From NCBI RefSeq assembly GCF_006345805.1, contig NC_043000.1, positions 93,124,001-93,188,000 of the forward strand: a DNA stretch of 64,000 nucleotides, read 5' to 3'. The notes under the pieces are model-generated. The model did not search any database and had not been told where the DNA came from. It saw nothing but the letters and a program-made list of their open reading frames with translations. Shown here in pieces: positions 36,480 to 49,176 of the stretch. The translations under genes and the position numbers were made by a program. How positions within the stretch are numbered: position 1 is the first letter of the stretch; each line of letters opens with the position of its first letter. This DNA comes from Octopus sinensis. Its lineage: Eukaryota.

Positions 36480-36670
36480 ATTTACATGCATGCACAGTTA
36501 CTCATGCACATACACTCACATACACACACACATATACATATGAATGTACATATGTATGCATGTATGTATGTATATGTATGTGTATCTATATATATGCATA
36601 TATGTAAGCATGTATATGTGTGTGTGTATGTATACAAATATATACATATATATATTATATAATACATATA

Positions 36671-36701
<31 letters not shown>

Positions 36702-36784
36702 TATACATACATATATATGTACATGTATATATTATATATATATTATATGTATGTTATATGTATTATATATCATATATATATTTT

Positions 36785-36842
<58 letters not shown>

Positions 36843-36843
36843 G

Positions 36844-36883
<40 letters not shown>

Positions 36884-36889
36884 CATAAT

Positions 36890-36963
<74 letters not shown>

Positions 36964-36965
36964 CT
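36480..36965. repeat. (TA)n microsatellite block
   Basis: Directly visible. Confidence 0.95.
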
Positions 36966-37940
36966 TACTTTGAGTTTGACAAAATATATTTTGTTTCTCC
37001 TTAGGGTTTTTGAATGTGTGACTTCCTTGGATACTATGTATGTGTTTTTTATTTTCATTCAAAAGATGGAAATCTCTGATGTGACACATTTTTGCTTGAA
37101 GAAGGACTCTGTCCAAAACGTTGCATTTTCCACTCCCATAGTGTATAAAAAAATATATTAATCAATGAAATTCCAATCTAGTCTGATTTTCATGTTTTAT
37201 TATGTACAATTTTGACAATTTTAGAATATTGAAATAGAAAAAATATATATCATCATCACCATCATTATTATTATCATCATCATCCTTTAACGTCCGTTTT
37301 CCAGAGACAGAGACAGGGAGATAAACAGTGACAGACAGACAGATTCACAGCTTAAGGGTATTGTTGTCATTATTTCGTGCCAAGACAGTTCTGATTAAGC
37401 AGACACATAATGAAAGATGTTTCCAGTCATTCCCATTCCATTGAACTTCCAGACACAATGCAATCTAGGATCATGCCACTTTCCTCCTATTCTAAGAAGG
37501 CAGCATGTTAATTTCAGGATAATTTGGCTGCTGTTTTTACCAGATCAAGTGACTTAGCATAGGCTTCAGCATTTTCTGGCTCATCCCAATGATTTCACTT
37601 TATCATGTCATTTATATTGACTGCAATCCACTTCCAATGTAATTCATTGGCAATTAAAACAGTTTTACTTTATATTTTAATAATCACTTACATCAACAAC
37701 AGGTCTCGTTTCCTTTCTCTTTCTCACTCGTTTACTCACCGCTGTTTATTCATGTGTTCGCTTCCCATTCTCTCTCTCTCTTCCTCTCTCCCTCCCTCTT
37801 TCTCCAAACAAGTGTTGCCAAGTTGGTCAGTAATTTGGTGAAATGTTTGATTGTTACAAGAGTTTAGGCATATAGGCTCAATCCCAGCATTCTTTTTTCC
37901 CTTGAGCAAGAAATTAGGCTCAATCCATCCCCATAGCACT

Positions 37941-38094
37941 TTCTCCGCCGAGGTCGACTTTGCCTTTCATCCTTTCGGGGTCGATAAATTAAGTACCAGT
38001 TACACACTGGGTCGATGTAATCGACTTAATACCTATGTCTGTCCTTGCTTATCCCCTCTATGTTTAGCCCCTTGTGGGTAATAAAGAAATAGGT
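37941..38094 (+). mobile_element. SINE family A, 5'-truncated, with (ATT)n tail
   Basis: ccgccgaggtcgactttgcctttcatcctttcggggtcgataaattaagtacc...aataaagaaatagg. Confidence 0.9.
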
Positions 38095-38112
38095 ATTATT
38101 ATTATTATCATT

Positions 38113-38393
38113 CAGTAGTTTTATTTTTATAACGTGCTTTCACTTCACTACCGAGCGCAGCTCTGTGTGCCTTGGGTATGTGCTGTGATTTGTTGTGATG
38201 CTCTGATGGTTACTGTATTGAAAGCGTTCTGCATAGGATGTATGTTATATGTGTTTGTAAGTCCTGGTGTTTTTGTTATGTATTTGTCTGAATATTTTTT
38301 TATCATGCCTAATGCACCTACTATAATAGGAATTGTTTCTGTTTTTAGATTCCACATTCTAGTTACCTCTATTTCCAGGTCTTTGTATTTTGA
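38113..38393 (-). mobile_element. R4/Dong-type RLE retrotransposon 3' end (subfamily A) with a ~30-nt internal deletion
   Basis: ORF 38148-38357 MWNLKTETIPIIVGALGMIKKYSDKYITK; flanked by (ATT)n. Confidence 0.9.
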
Positions 38394-38394
38394 A

Positions 38395-38460
<66 letters not shown>

Positions 38461-38463
38461 CGA

Positions 38464-39008
38464 TGCAGTACCAGGCAGTGGCTTTCATGGCTTCTGATCT
38501 TAACTGATTGGAGGTGTTATCATGTACATTGTTTTGTCTTGGTATAAAAGATGGGCTACAGCAAATATTCTGCTCAATACCACAGATTTGCTTGTCAGTT
38601 GTTTGACCATAACCGGTTGAGCATGTCCCTTGGTGGCTGACAATACATGCATCTCTGATCATGAGTAGAAGTAGTGGGGGAGCATCATAGCCATGTGTTG
38701 AGAGGGATTCTTTGGGGTTTGAATAATTCACCTCTGGAAATACGGGTGTTTCATTCATCATCCTTAAACAAACCTTATTCAGGGACTTTTGAGTGTGATG
38801 GGCTACTCGACTTGATGAAAATTCTAACTGGGCCCCACCTGCAAGGTCATGCACTGTTTCTCTTAATATAAGATCACCATGTCATACATATGGTTGTGAT
38901 GCATGTGCCTGATGTACCCCTATCAGACAGGTAGTCATGATGGTTATATTGTGCTTCATATATTTGCACTCCGGTGTCGCTTTGATGGTATGCACTGCTC
39001 TCTAACTC
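38464..39008. mobile_element. ~530-bp interspersed repeat, copy 2, between (ATT)n and (AAT)n
   Basis: Colinear with 96-613. Confidence 0.8.
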
Positions 39009-39041
<33 letters not shown>

Positions 39042-39179
39042 CAGTTTCTAGACATGAGTGGTCCTGAGACCAAGGCCTCTACCACGATTTTTAAGAAATG
39101 TGGTCGAAAACTAGCTCAGAAAGGCAGAGCTGCTACTCTTTGAGACCCCTTTTGGAGCCCCCGTATCTATAAATTTGTT

Positions 39180-39320
39180 TCTTTCTAACCCACAGGGAGC
39201 TAAACATAGAAAGGACAAACAAAGGGATTAAGTTGATTACATCAACCCCAGTGTGTAACTGGTACTTATTTAATCGACCCCGAAAGGACGAAAGATAAAG
39301 CAACATTGGTAGAATTTGGT
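39180..39320 (-). mobile_element. SINE family A, 3' part
   Basis: ggattaagttgattacatcaaccccagtgtgtaactggtacttatttaatcgaccccgaaagg. Confidence 0.8.
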
Positions 39321-39904
39321 TTTGTTATTATTTCCTCAATTATATGCATCTAAAACCAAAGATTGCCAGCATCCTTATAACAAAGCCTAGGTTTTAGATT
39401 TATCATAACTATCTTCAGAAAATATGTGTAAATTTTGTGAAACCAAATTATTTCTTGCAATGTTTGAATATGTGTCTTGTTTTAATTAAAACTACTGTCT
39501 TAATTATATGTCTAGCCATTCAGTTCGATATGTTTACAAAGGTCAACAGCATGGATGTAGATATTTACAAATCTAGTCAATAGTGACAGAATGAAATGTG
39601 GAATAAAAAAATTAAATTAAAAGTCAAAGAAATCCAATGAAAACAGATTTAGTCAATAAAATAAAGGGGAGAGAGAGAGAACAGGAGATATGAACTTACT
39701 ATTTGATATTTATTTATTTTTTGCTCTATAATATATTACGTCACCAAAAAATTAGTTGAAAGATATTTTCTATTTATATACCATCCATGAATTCTTTAAC
39801 CAATTCATTTTTAATCTCAGATTGATTCTATTTGTTACAAGTATTCCTGAAATCTCCTGAAGTGAGATTTCATCAGCAGAATTCCACGATGAATTCATCA
39901 TTAT

Positions 39905-40552
39905 ACATCTGTTTTCCATGCTAGCATGGGCGTGAGGGTTTGACCAGAGCTGGCAAGCCAGAGAGTTACACTAGGTTCCAATCTGATTTGGCACCATTAT
40001 GTGCATGTTTACCAGGTTCCAACCTGATTTGGCTTGATTTCTATAGCTGGATGCCCTTTCTAACACCAACCACTTTACACAGTGTGCAGAGTGCTTTTAA
40101 CATAGCACCAACATATGCACTTTTACATGGTTCCGGCAGGAGTACTTTTTACGTGGCACCAGGACAAGACTCTTGCAGACCAATTCTCTTCACCATGGAA
40201 TGCAGCCTAATTATGGAGTAGAATTCATAGCATACTCTCTTTTACTCTTTCACTTGTAAGCCTAGTACTTATTCTATCAGTCTCTCTTGCTGAACCGCTA
40301 AGTTACGTGGACATATACACACCAGCATCGGTTGTCAAGCGATGTTGGGGGGACAAACACAGACACAAACACACATATAAATATATACTACGGGCTTCTT
40401 TCAGTTTCCATCTACCAAATCCACTCACAAGGCTTTGGTCGGCCCAAGCCTATAGTAGAAGACATTTACCCAAGTTGCCACATAGTGGGACTGAATCCGG
40501 GACTATGTGGTTCGTAAGCAAGCTACTTACCACACAGCCACTCCTACGCCTA
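39905..40552 (-). mobile_element. SINE C (39905-40200) and SINE B (40235-40552)
   Basis: Family signatures. Confidence 0.8.
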
Positions 40553-40744
40553 TGTGTCAGAGAAATGCATAATTGCCCCATGCCTAGTTTATCTTCTACT
40601 ATAAATTTGCTTAGTTGTGCTTATATAAGAAACAAACAAATTGAGATGCTTAGTAAAAGGAAAGTTAGTCAATGGATAGTATTCCAAAATTAATAGCTTA
40701 GTCAGCTTAACAGAGATTTCATTAAAGGATCACGATCTCAGGGC

Positions 40745-41780
40745 AGTGAGCAGGCTGAATTGTTAGCACACCAGGCAAAGCATTTTGTCTCTCTTTGTGC
40801 TCTGAGTTCAAATTCTGCTGTAGTCAACTTTACCTTTCATTTTTTGGGGGTCAATAACATAAGTACCAGCTGATCACTGGGATTGATATAATCAACTTAC
40901 CCCCTCGCCTGAAGTTTCTGACCTTGTGCTAGAATTTGAAACTATTAAAGGATCACAATGTTGAATCCATACCTTTCTAAGTGAATCAAAGAATGTCCCG
41001 GATGCCTCATGCCTTAGTAAAGCTTCATCTATAGCTCTCATAATTTGTTCTTAATTAAGAAAGAAACAAACTGAAATGTTGCATTGAAACTCAGATGAAG
41101 ATATTTCAGAATTAATCATCATCATCATCATCATCATTTAACGTTCGGTTTCCATGCTAGCATGGGTTGGACGATTTGACTGAGGTCTGGCGAACCAGAC
41201 TCTAAGCTTGAATACCATTGTTATGTAAATTAAATACCATTGTCATCGTGAAAATTACAGTGAATTTTAATTCATTTACTCCTTATATTCTTTTCTACTC
41301 CTAGGCACAAATGCCCAAAATTTTTGGGGAAAGGGCCAGTCAATTAGATTGGCCCCAGTACGCACCTGGTACTTAATTTATCAACTCCAAAAGGATGAAA
41401 AGCAAAGTCAACTTCGGTGGAATTTGAACTCAGAATGTAACAGCAGATGAAATGCCACTAAACATTACACCTGGCATGCTAACGATTCTGCCAACTCGCT
41501 GCCTTCACTCATTATATTATCACAGCCTTACACACCATAGAATGCTTGCCTCTTAAACTATTTATTTAGATTTTAGAATAATATTGGTTTTGAATTTTGG
41601 CACAAGGTCAGCAATTTTGAGGAAGTGGGTAAGTCAATTACCTCGACTGGTACATATTGTTATCAAGACTGAAAGGATAAAAGATAAATTTGACATTGGC
41701 AGAATTTGAACTCAGAACTTAATGAGGGACAAAATGCCATTAAACAATTTTTCTGGTATGCTAGCAATTCCACCAGCCTT
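40745..41780. mobile_element. SINE A (+, 40745-40950), SINE C tail (41115-41200), SINE A (-, 41295-41505 and 41590-41780)
   Basis: Family signatures. Confidence 0.75.
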
Positions 41781-42121
41781 ATAGGTTTTAGAGTACTATT
41801 ACATATTGTTATATGTTACTTTTATTTTCTTCTACAAATTCATTGCACATATTTGCTTCATTTTGTGTCTGTGTTTTAAATGAAATATTTGGTGCATTTT
41901 TTTTGAGGATTTCATATATTGTGTTTATACCAAAATAAATTTGTTAAATATTTAAAAAAATTTTTCTAACTGGTTCCAAATTAACACTGTATAATAATTC
42001 CTCACATGCATTTACAAAATTCATACCAATGCTGTTTTCAAATTGTAACTCTGTTCACACACACACATATGTACATGTATAAAAACATGCATACATATAT
42101 ACAAATGCACATATATATATA

Positions 42122-42678
42122 TTGAGTTGTCTGGAAAGTTTGTGCTGTTTTATAGTAGCTTACCTTTCGCCTTATTTTAGAACATGGTTGAGTTCAAAAA
42201 TAGGATTTTACTACACCTCTTTTTAGAGCACAGTTTAAGCTATCTTTTCGTGGAAGAAGGTTTATAACCTATGTTAATTCTGTAACCCTTTAAAATGGAA
42301 GATAAGAAAGTTCATTTTCGGCACTTGATGCTTTGGGAACCAGACAAAAATTGCTGCAGCTCAGCTGGGATGTATTACCCCACCCTACATATTCATCAGA
42401 TATTGCTTCTTTGAATTTCCACTTATTCAGGTCTCTGCAGAATAGCCTTAATAGTAAAAATTTCAATTCCTTGGATGACGTAAAAAGATACCTTGATGAA
42501 TTCTTTGTCATGAAACCACCTCAATTCTAGAAAGAGGGTATTTTCAAGTTAAAGGAAAGATGGAGATGCATTGTGCAACAAAATGGTTCATATTTGGTTG
42601 ATTAAAAATGTAATGGCAAGTATTTATTGACCTTTTTCTTTCCTTTAAAAATCAGCACAAACTTTCCAGACCACCCAA
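42122..42678 (+). mobile_element. Mariner-derived non-autonomous element (internal deletion)
   Basis: ~30-bp TIRs ttgagttgtctggaaagtttgtgctg / cagcacaaactttccagaccacccaa; TA flanks; MEDKKVHFRHLMLW joined to QKLLQLSWDVLPHPTYSSDIASLNFHLFRSLQNSL. Confidence 0.92.
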
Positions 42679-43134
42679 TATATATATGTAATGTAGTGAT
42701 ATATGGAGTCATAGAATCATGTGGCTATCACAGGAAGCTCCTCTTAAGGCAGTGCTTCTCAAATTATCTGATGTGGAGTACTGGCAGTTTTTTTTTTCCA
42801 ATGTGCCAGGGACCGGTAATATTTCTTAGCAATATTAATTTATCCTGGAAACAATATATATATATAATGAATATAATAAAAGTTGACAATTTTTTATATC
42901 TTAAATTTATTTTGTAAACAAATAATACAATATTACATAAACATTTTATAATGTTTCTTTTCTGGAAACTCGCTGCATATTAGCAGCTGATGGCTCGTGG
43001 ACTGGCACCAGTCCATGGACCACTACTTTGAGTAGCTCTGCTCCAAGGGACTTAGCTATCACACCACAGGGTAATCCAGTATAGGAGAGTATAAATTAGA
43101 GCTCCATGCAGCAGAAATTCAAAAGATCTCATCA

Positions 43135-43540
43135 TATCATCATCATCGTTTAACATCTGCTTCCCATGCTAGCATGGGTTGGACGATTTGACTGAGAGCT
43201 GGTGAAGCAGATGGCTGCACCAGGCTCCAATCTTGATCTGGAAGAGTTTCTACAGCTGGATGCTCTTCCTAACGCCAACCACTCTGAGAGTGTAGTGGGT
43301 GCTTTTATGTGCCACCAGCATGGGGGCCAGTAAGGAGGTACTGGCAACAATCTCGCTCGAATCTTTTTACACATGCAACTGGCACAGGTGCCAGTAAGGC
43401 GATGCTGGTAACTATCACGCTCAAATGGTGCCTTTTATGTGCCACCGGCACGGAAGCCAGTTAGCCACTCTGGCAAACGATCATGCTCAGATGGTGCTCT
43501 TTTCACCCCGCTAGCATGGATGGCAGTCATCTGGTTATTA
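43135..43540 (-). mobile_element. SINE family C
   Basis: catcatcgtttaacatctgcttcccatgctagcatgggttggacg... Confidence 0.85.
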
Positions 43541-44267
43541 AAATTATTTCAAGCCATATAAAATCAAGAGGCATGAGAGGGGAATATATTTATTTAACTA
43601 CTTGACATTCTTAGAACTATAGCCATTTCACAATCTTCCTCACGTAATAAAATTATGTTTATATGTCCGTATTGATATTCATGCTATCATTATACAGCAC
43701 AATTGTATATTCAACTCTAGATTTGAATTTTTGGTGATCTGATGAGCTAGCTTTCTTTATTTCCTTTTATATGTGAATAGATAATTGTATTGTATAATGC
43801 ATGCCATGTATATTAGTGCAGACAAGTAAACATAGTTTATTATACACTGAAATTATTATTACATGAAGAAGGCTGAGAAACTGCCATAATGCTAAGAATG
43901 TCAAGTGGTTAAATAAATATGTCCACCTCTCATACCACCTAAGATTTTATGGTTTATTCATATACATACAAACACACATACACACTTATATATATACAGG
44001 CATATATATATGCATACAGGCATATATATATATATATAAATGCTTATTATAGATGTAGGAGTGGCTGTGTGGTAAGTGGCTTGCTTACCAGCCACATGGT
44101 TCTGGGTTCAGTCCCACTGCATGGCACCTTGGGAAAGTGTCTTCTACTATAGCCTTGGGCTGACCAAAGCCTTGTGAGTGGATTTGGTAGACAGAAACTG
44201 AAAGAAGCCCGTCGTATATACGTATGTACATATATATATATGTATGTGTATATATATATATATATAT

Positions 44268-44705
44268 AATTAATTGTTATCGCCATATTAATATGGCATT
44301 CTTATAGATATAAGAATAATCGCTGCCATGGTCAGCTCCATGAGGCCACCGCCATCAAGATAGCTATTGATACACGATCTGTATCCATTATAACCTTCGA
44401 ACAAGGGAGGTCAGCCGCTTCACACTGCCAGTCCGACAGCTACAGACGCGTTTCAGGGTATTGCCCCTTGTCAATGTAGCGCAGTCAGACCCGCAGGTGT
44501 CGCCACTGATGTCTCTGTTCGAAGGCTTATATTTACCTAGTTTCAGTGGAATACATCCACTTGTTTTCAATAATAGAAATATTAAAATTACTAAGTCTCT
44601 GTAAAAGAGATTATGGCAGCGTTTACTGGAAATTAATTGTTATCGCCATATTAATATGGCATTCTTATAGATATAAGAATAATCGCTGCCATAGTCAGCT
44701 CCATG
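44268..44705 (-). mobile_element. Retrozyme/Penelope-like non-coding element: 363-nt unit plus 75-nt terminal direct repeat
   Basis: 44268-44342 equals 44631-44705 with one mismatch; internal hammerhead; no credible ORF. Confidence 0.75.
44439..44480 (-). ncRNA. Minimal type I hammerhead ribozyme (U3-A8 core variant, GUC cleavage triplet)
   Basis: Minus strand GCTACA-TTGACAA-GGGG CAATA CCCT-GAA-ACGCGT-C-TGTAGC. Confidence 0.8.
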
Positions 44706-45492
44706 TATGTATGTGTGCATGTTTGTGTGTCTGTCCCCCCCCCCCCAACATTGCTTGACAACCGCTGCTGGTGTGTTTACTTACATCCCTGTAACTTAGC
44801 GCTTTGGCAAAAGAGACCGCTAGAATAAGTACTAGGCTTACAAAGAATAAGTCCTGGGGTTGATTTACTCGACTAAAAGGTCGTGCTCCAGCATGGCTGC
44901 AGTTAAATGACTGAAACAAATAAAATAAGAAAAAAAAAAGATATATAAAGAGAATTTAATGTGACACTGAATATTTACTGAATATTTTTAGTTGAGTGCG
45001 CATACACTAATTTTTACAGGGAAACGTTTGCCTGACTTTAAAATTTCAGCTTGTTTGCCATCATGCCTTACCTCAGCTACTGCTCGATCAAGTTGTAGCA
45101 TCGGTTTTTTTTTAGTTTCTTGCGAAAGGGACAAGTTCCAAAGGTAAGGCACTCAGTCTCCTGCCAACACTCACACAACGTTCTGAGTTCAAACCACGCC
45201 AATAATACCTTCCATCATCCTGAATTTGATAAAAACAAGTACTAGTCTATGTACTGAAGTCAATGATATCAACAAACACACACCCCTAAAAATCATTGCT
45301 CTTGTACTTAAATCTGAAACAATATTTCCAATAAGGACTTTTGTACTTCATTACATTTCTTTCATTTGGTTCTAAATTCTTTCATTCTCATGTTATTAAT
45401 TCCTCATTATATTCTTCCTTATTTCTTTACACATAAACTCTATCCTTTTTCTTGCTAATGCTTCTAAAGATCAATATTTTAGTTTTGCTTAA

Positions 45493-45884
45493 TCTACATA
45501 TATAAAGATGAAGTTGTCTGTGTGTGGCAGGTTTGGTAGCCTTCAACTAACACTATCTCCTCTGAGACCCTGCAGTGCAAGTTGACCAAAATTGAGAGTA
45601 TGATAGAAGAAGGCTTGCACTTCATTCTGTAGAAGATAAAATTCAAATCAGACCATGTTAAGACCAAAATTTATTTACATAAAAAAGGTGCTTTTTTTCT
45701 ATGAAAATCCCTATTTTTTACGATTTTTTTTTTCTGCTGTGTCACCATTTTTCGGTGTATTTCAACCAGAAAAATGTTCCCTTAAAGAGAATAACAAGCT
45801 ACATAATGCAAAATTTTTACTTTTCAAAAATTCCAATTCTAAAGGGTCAAAACAAACCCGAGCAACGCAGGGCGATACTGCTAG
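45493..45884 (+). mobile_element. Non-autonomous Helitron
   Basis: A|TC 5' end (tctacatatataaagatg), subterminal hairpin cccgagcaacgcaggg at 45857-45872, CTAG|T 3' end. Confidence 0.75.
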
Positions 45885-46009
45885 TTACATTAAAAATCTT
45901 ATTGGGGTGTCAGTTCTTAAAAGTGTACTTTACTTTTAGAATCTTTCATGTCTTTTGGAATCATCCGATACCCTCTACTTTGACTTGAATTATTTGCTTT
46001 TGTGCTTCT

Positions 46010-46320
46010 CTTCTGGGTCATCGTTCTTGCTGTTGTTTTTCTTCTTCATCATCAACTTCATGTTTACACCTTCTTCAGCTTTACCTGCCTTCTTTTTATT
46101 ATCGTCTTCATCTTCTCTTCCTCTTCTTTCTTCCTCTTCATCATTTTCTTTTGTCTTTTTCTTCTTTTTGTCTTCATCTAATTCTTCTTCTTCTTCAAAA
46201 TTTTTTCATCTTATCTTTTCTTCTTCTTCTTCTTCTTATGTTCTTCATAATCTTATCTCTTTATCTTCTTCTTCATAATCTTATCTATTTATCTTCTTCT
46301 TCTTCTTCTTCTTTTCTATT
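46010..46320. repeat. (TCT)n/(GAA)n low complexity
   Basis: Directly visible. Confidence 0.9.
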
Positions 46321-46664
46321 TTTTGTTAACACAAACAGAATTTATCAGAGTGTCTAAACATTGTTTTTCCAGCGAACACATTTCATGTGTATTTATTGTT
46401 TTAGAAGACAGCAATGTCTTACCTTACCTCTAATGTCATCACTGATATTGTTTTCTATGATGGCTTTTCTTGCTAAAGTTTGGGTTTTTTAAATCCTATA
46501 TTTGGTCATGCTTGGTATTTCAACAGATACTCAACAGGCCTCAGCATTTATTACAGTAACCCAATTCTCTACCAAGAATTTTCTTGGAGATTTATGCTTT
46601 GGATACAAACTATTCATTTTCATATTAATATTTCTGTAATAGTCTCTATTCACCCTTAAAATAT

Positions 46665-47475
46665 TGGTTTCAAATTTTGGCACAAATCCAGCAACTTTGT
46701 GGGAGGGTGCAAGTTGATTACCTCAACCCCAGTGCTCAACTGGTACTTATTTAACATCCCCAAAATGATGAAAGGCATATTCGACTTGGGTGGAATTTGA
46801 ACTCAGAATGTAAAGGCAGACAAAATGTCGCTAAACATTTTGCCAAATGTGCTAATGATTCTGCCAGCTCGCCAAATAATGAGTTTTAAATTTTGGCAAA
46901 AGGCCAGAAATTTTGATAGTAAAAAAAAATGGTTACATTCTTAAGTCATGCCAACTCATAAGAACAGTTTCCTAGTTTCCAAGGAGTATAAATTCCCCAC
47001 CTGGATGGGAAGCTAGTCCATTGCAGGATTACTCACTTTACCCACTGAGTGGACTGGAGCAACAGTTAAGTAAGTGTTTTGCTCAAGAACTCAATGCATC
47101 ATCCAGTCCAGGAATTGAAGCCACAATCTTCCTATCATTAGTCCAACACCATAACCCCTAAGCCACGCACCTCTACTAATTTTGGAGATGGGAGTAAGTC
47201 AATTGCATCAACCCCAGGGCTTAACTGGTACTTATTTTACTGATGTCGAAAGGATGAAAGCCGGAGTCAACATCAGTGGAATTTGAACATAGTATGTCAC
47301 CACTAACAAATTGTCACCAAGTATTTTACCCAGAATGCTAAGCTCACACACTACCTTATTCACCCTTAAAATAAGGGGTTGAAATTTTGGCACAAAGCCA
47401 GCAATTTCAGAGTAGCGGCTAAGTCCAATTATATCAACCCCCAGTGCTCAACTGGTACTTATTATGTCGACCCCC
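46665..47475 (-). mobile_element. Stack of SINE A (46665-46875), SINE E (46945-47175) and SINE A fragments (47180-47475)
   Basis: Family signatures. Confidence 0.75.
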
Positions 47476-47654
47476 ATATCATTCAGTTTTACTGAAGAGG
47501 GGATGAGTTTTTTTATTTATTTATTTTTTTTTTTTTTAGAAGAGATCATTTCTCTCTCATCTGTCGTTCTGCATTGTTCTTGAGTTTTTGAAATTTTAGT
47601 TATGAAGCATTCTTGCTCCTTGTGGTGATGCATATTTGTTTGTACAAATTTCTC

Positions 47655-47657
47655 ATA

Positions 47658-47705
<48 letters not shown>

Positions 47706-47776
47706 CATTATTATTATTGTTATTATTTTTATTTTTATCATTATTATCATCATTATTATTATTATTTTTATTATTA

Positions 47777-47828
<52 letters not shown>

Positions 47829-47840
47829 CATTATTATTAT
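47655..47840. repeat. (ATT)n microsatellite
   Basis: Directly visible. Confidence 0.95.
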
Positions 47841-48539
47841 GCTCCTCATTATTTTTGCTGTTGTCGCTGTTGTTATTGTTGTTGTTGTTTTTTTATCATT
47901 ACCCGCGACCGTTTCGTGTTTTACTGCAAGATTCAAGATTTCATGTGTTTTCTCAATTAGTTTCCTCGCTTCGTTTTCTCTTACTTTTTAGTCTGCCTGT
48001 TAAGAATATGCATGCGTATGTGTTTGTTTGTTTGTTTGTATAAGCTTATGTGTGTGTAACTGCGCATATGCGTATCTATGTCTGTCTGCCTACGTATGCG
48101 TATATGAATATCATGAATATGTGTGCTGTGTGAGTTAGTGAGCATATTTGCTTCTAAAATGTTTTGTTCGCGGTACATACTACTCTTTATCATATTGTGT
48201 TTGTGTTACTTCTCTGCCGTGTTATGCAAATACAATATAACTCTATACAAGACTTTGCACAGCAGTTTCTTATTGTTTTCATTTATGCATTCACGTCTGA
48301 ACAATTAGAGTCGGATGTAGTTGTTTCAGAATTTAACTCATGTGGTGGTGGAGGTGGTGGGGAGTCTTATTTTTTTTTTATCAGGAGCAGTTCAATAAAA
48401 TGGCTTCTGGTTTAAAGTGATTCCTAGGGCAATTAAACGACAATATCCATTCCTCATAGAAAGGTGACCTTGGTTATCGTCTTCTTCTTCATATCATTAT
48501 TATTATCATTTTTATTATTATTATTACTACTATTATCAA

Positions 48540-49149
48540 AGCAGCGAGCTGGCAGAATCGTTAGCATGCCATGTAAAATGCTTAGTGGTATTTTGCCTGT
48601 CACTACATGCTGAGTTCAAATTCTGCTGAGGTCAACTTTACCATTCATCCTTTTGGGGTCAATAAATTAAGTACCAGTAAAACAGTGGCATCAATGTAAT
48701 TGACTGTTCCCCTTCCCCAAATTTCAGACCCTGTTCCTATATTAGAAAGGATTATCATTCTTACTACTACTACTACTACTACTGCTTCTACTACTACTAA
48801 TGCAGGAAAGCTGGCACAATTGTTAAATGCTTAGGGCACAATGCTTAGCAGCATTCAGTCCATCTTTACATTCTGAGTTCCTTATTCCCCTAAGATTGAT
48901 TTTACCTTTCACCCTTTTGGGGTTGATAGAATAAGTACCAGTTGAACAATGGGAGTCGATGTAATAAACTTACCCTCTCCCCAAAATTTCTGCTCTTGTG
49001 CCTAAATTTGAAACCAATTACTGCCAAAGTCGACTTGCCTTTCATCCTTTCGGGGTCAATGAACATAAGTACCAGTTTAGCATTGGGGTCGATGTAATCA
49101 ACTAATTCCCAACCATTAAATTTCTGACCTTGTGCCTGTAGAAGAATGG
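48540..49149 (+). mobile_element. Three tandem SINE family A copies
   Basis: Starts at ~48540, ~48805 and ~49020; last copy ends in (ATT)n. Confidence 0.85.
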
Positions 49150-49176
49150 ATTATTATTATTATTATTATTATTATT

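Larger units (their letters stand above)
44057..44925 (+). mobile_element. SINE family B split at its internal (TA)n by the hammerhead element
   Basis: 5' half 44057-44267, 3' half 44706-44925. Confidence 0.88.

Noticed and set aside
39848-39900. Minus-strand CTGATGA with adjacent 9-bp hairpin
   Set aside because: No GAAA after the stem; a simple hairpin, not a hammerhead.
45955-46357. Possible acidic Glu/Lys-rich coding region on the minus strand
   Set aside because: (GAA)n low complexity with in-frame stops.
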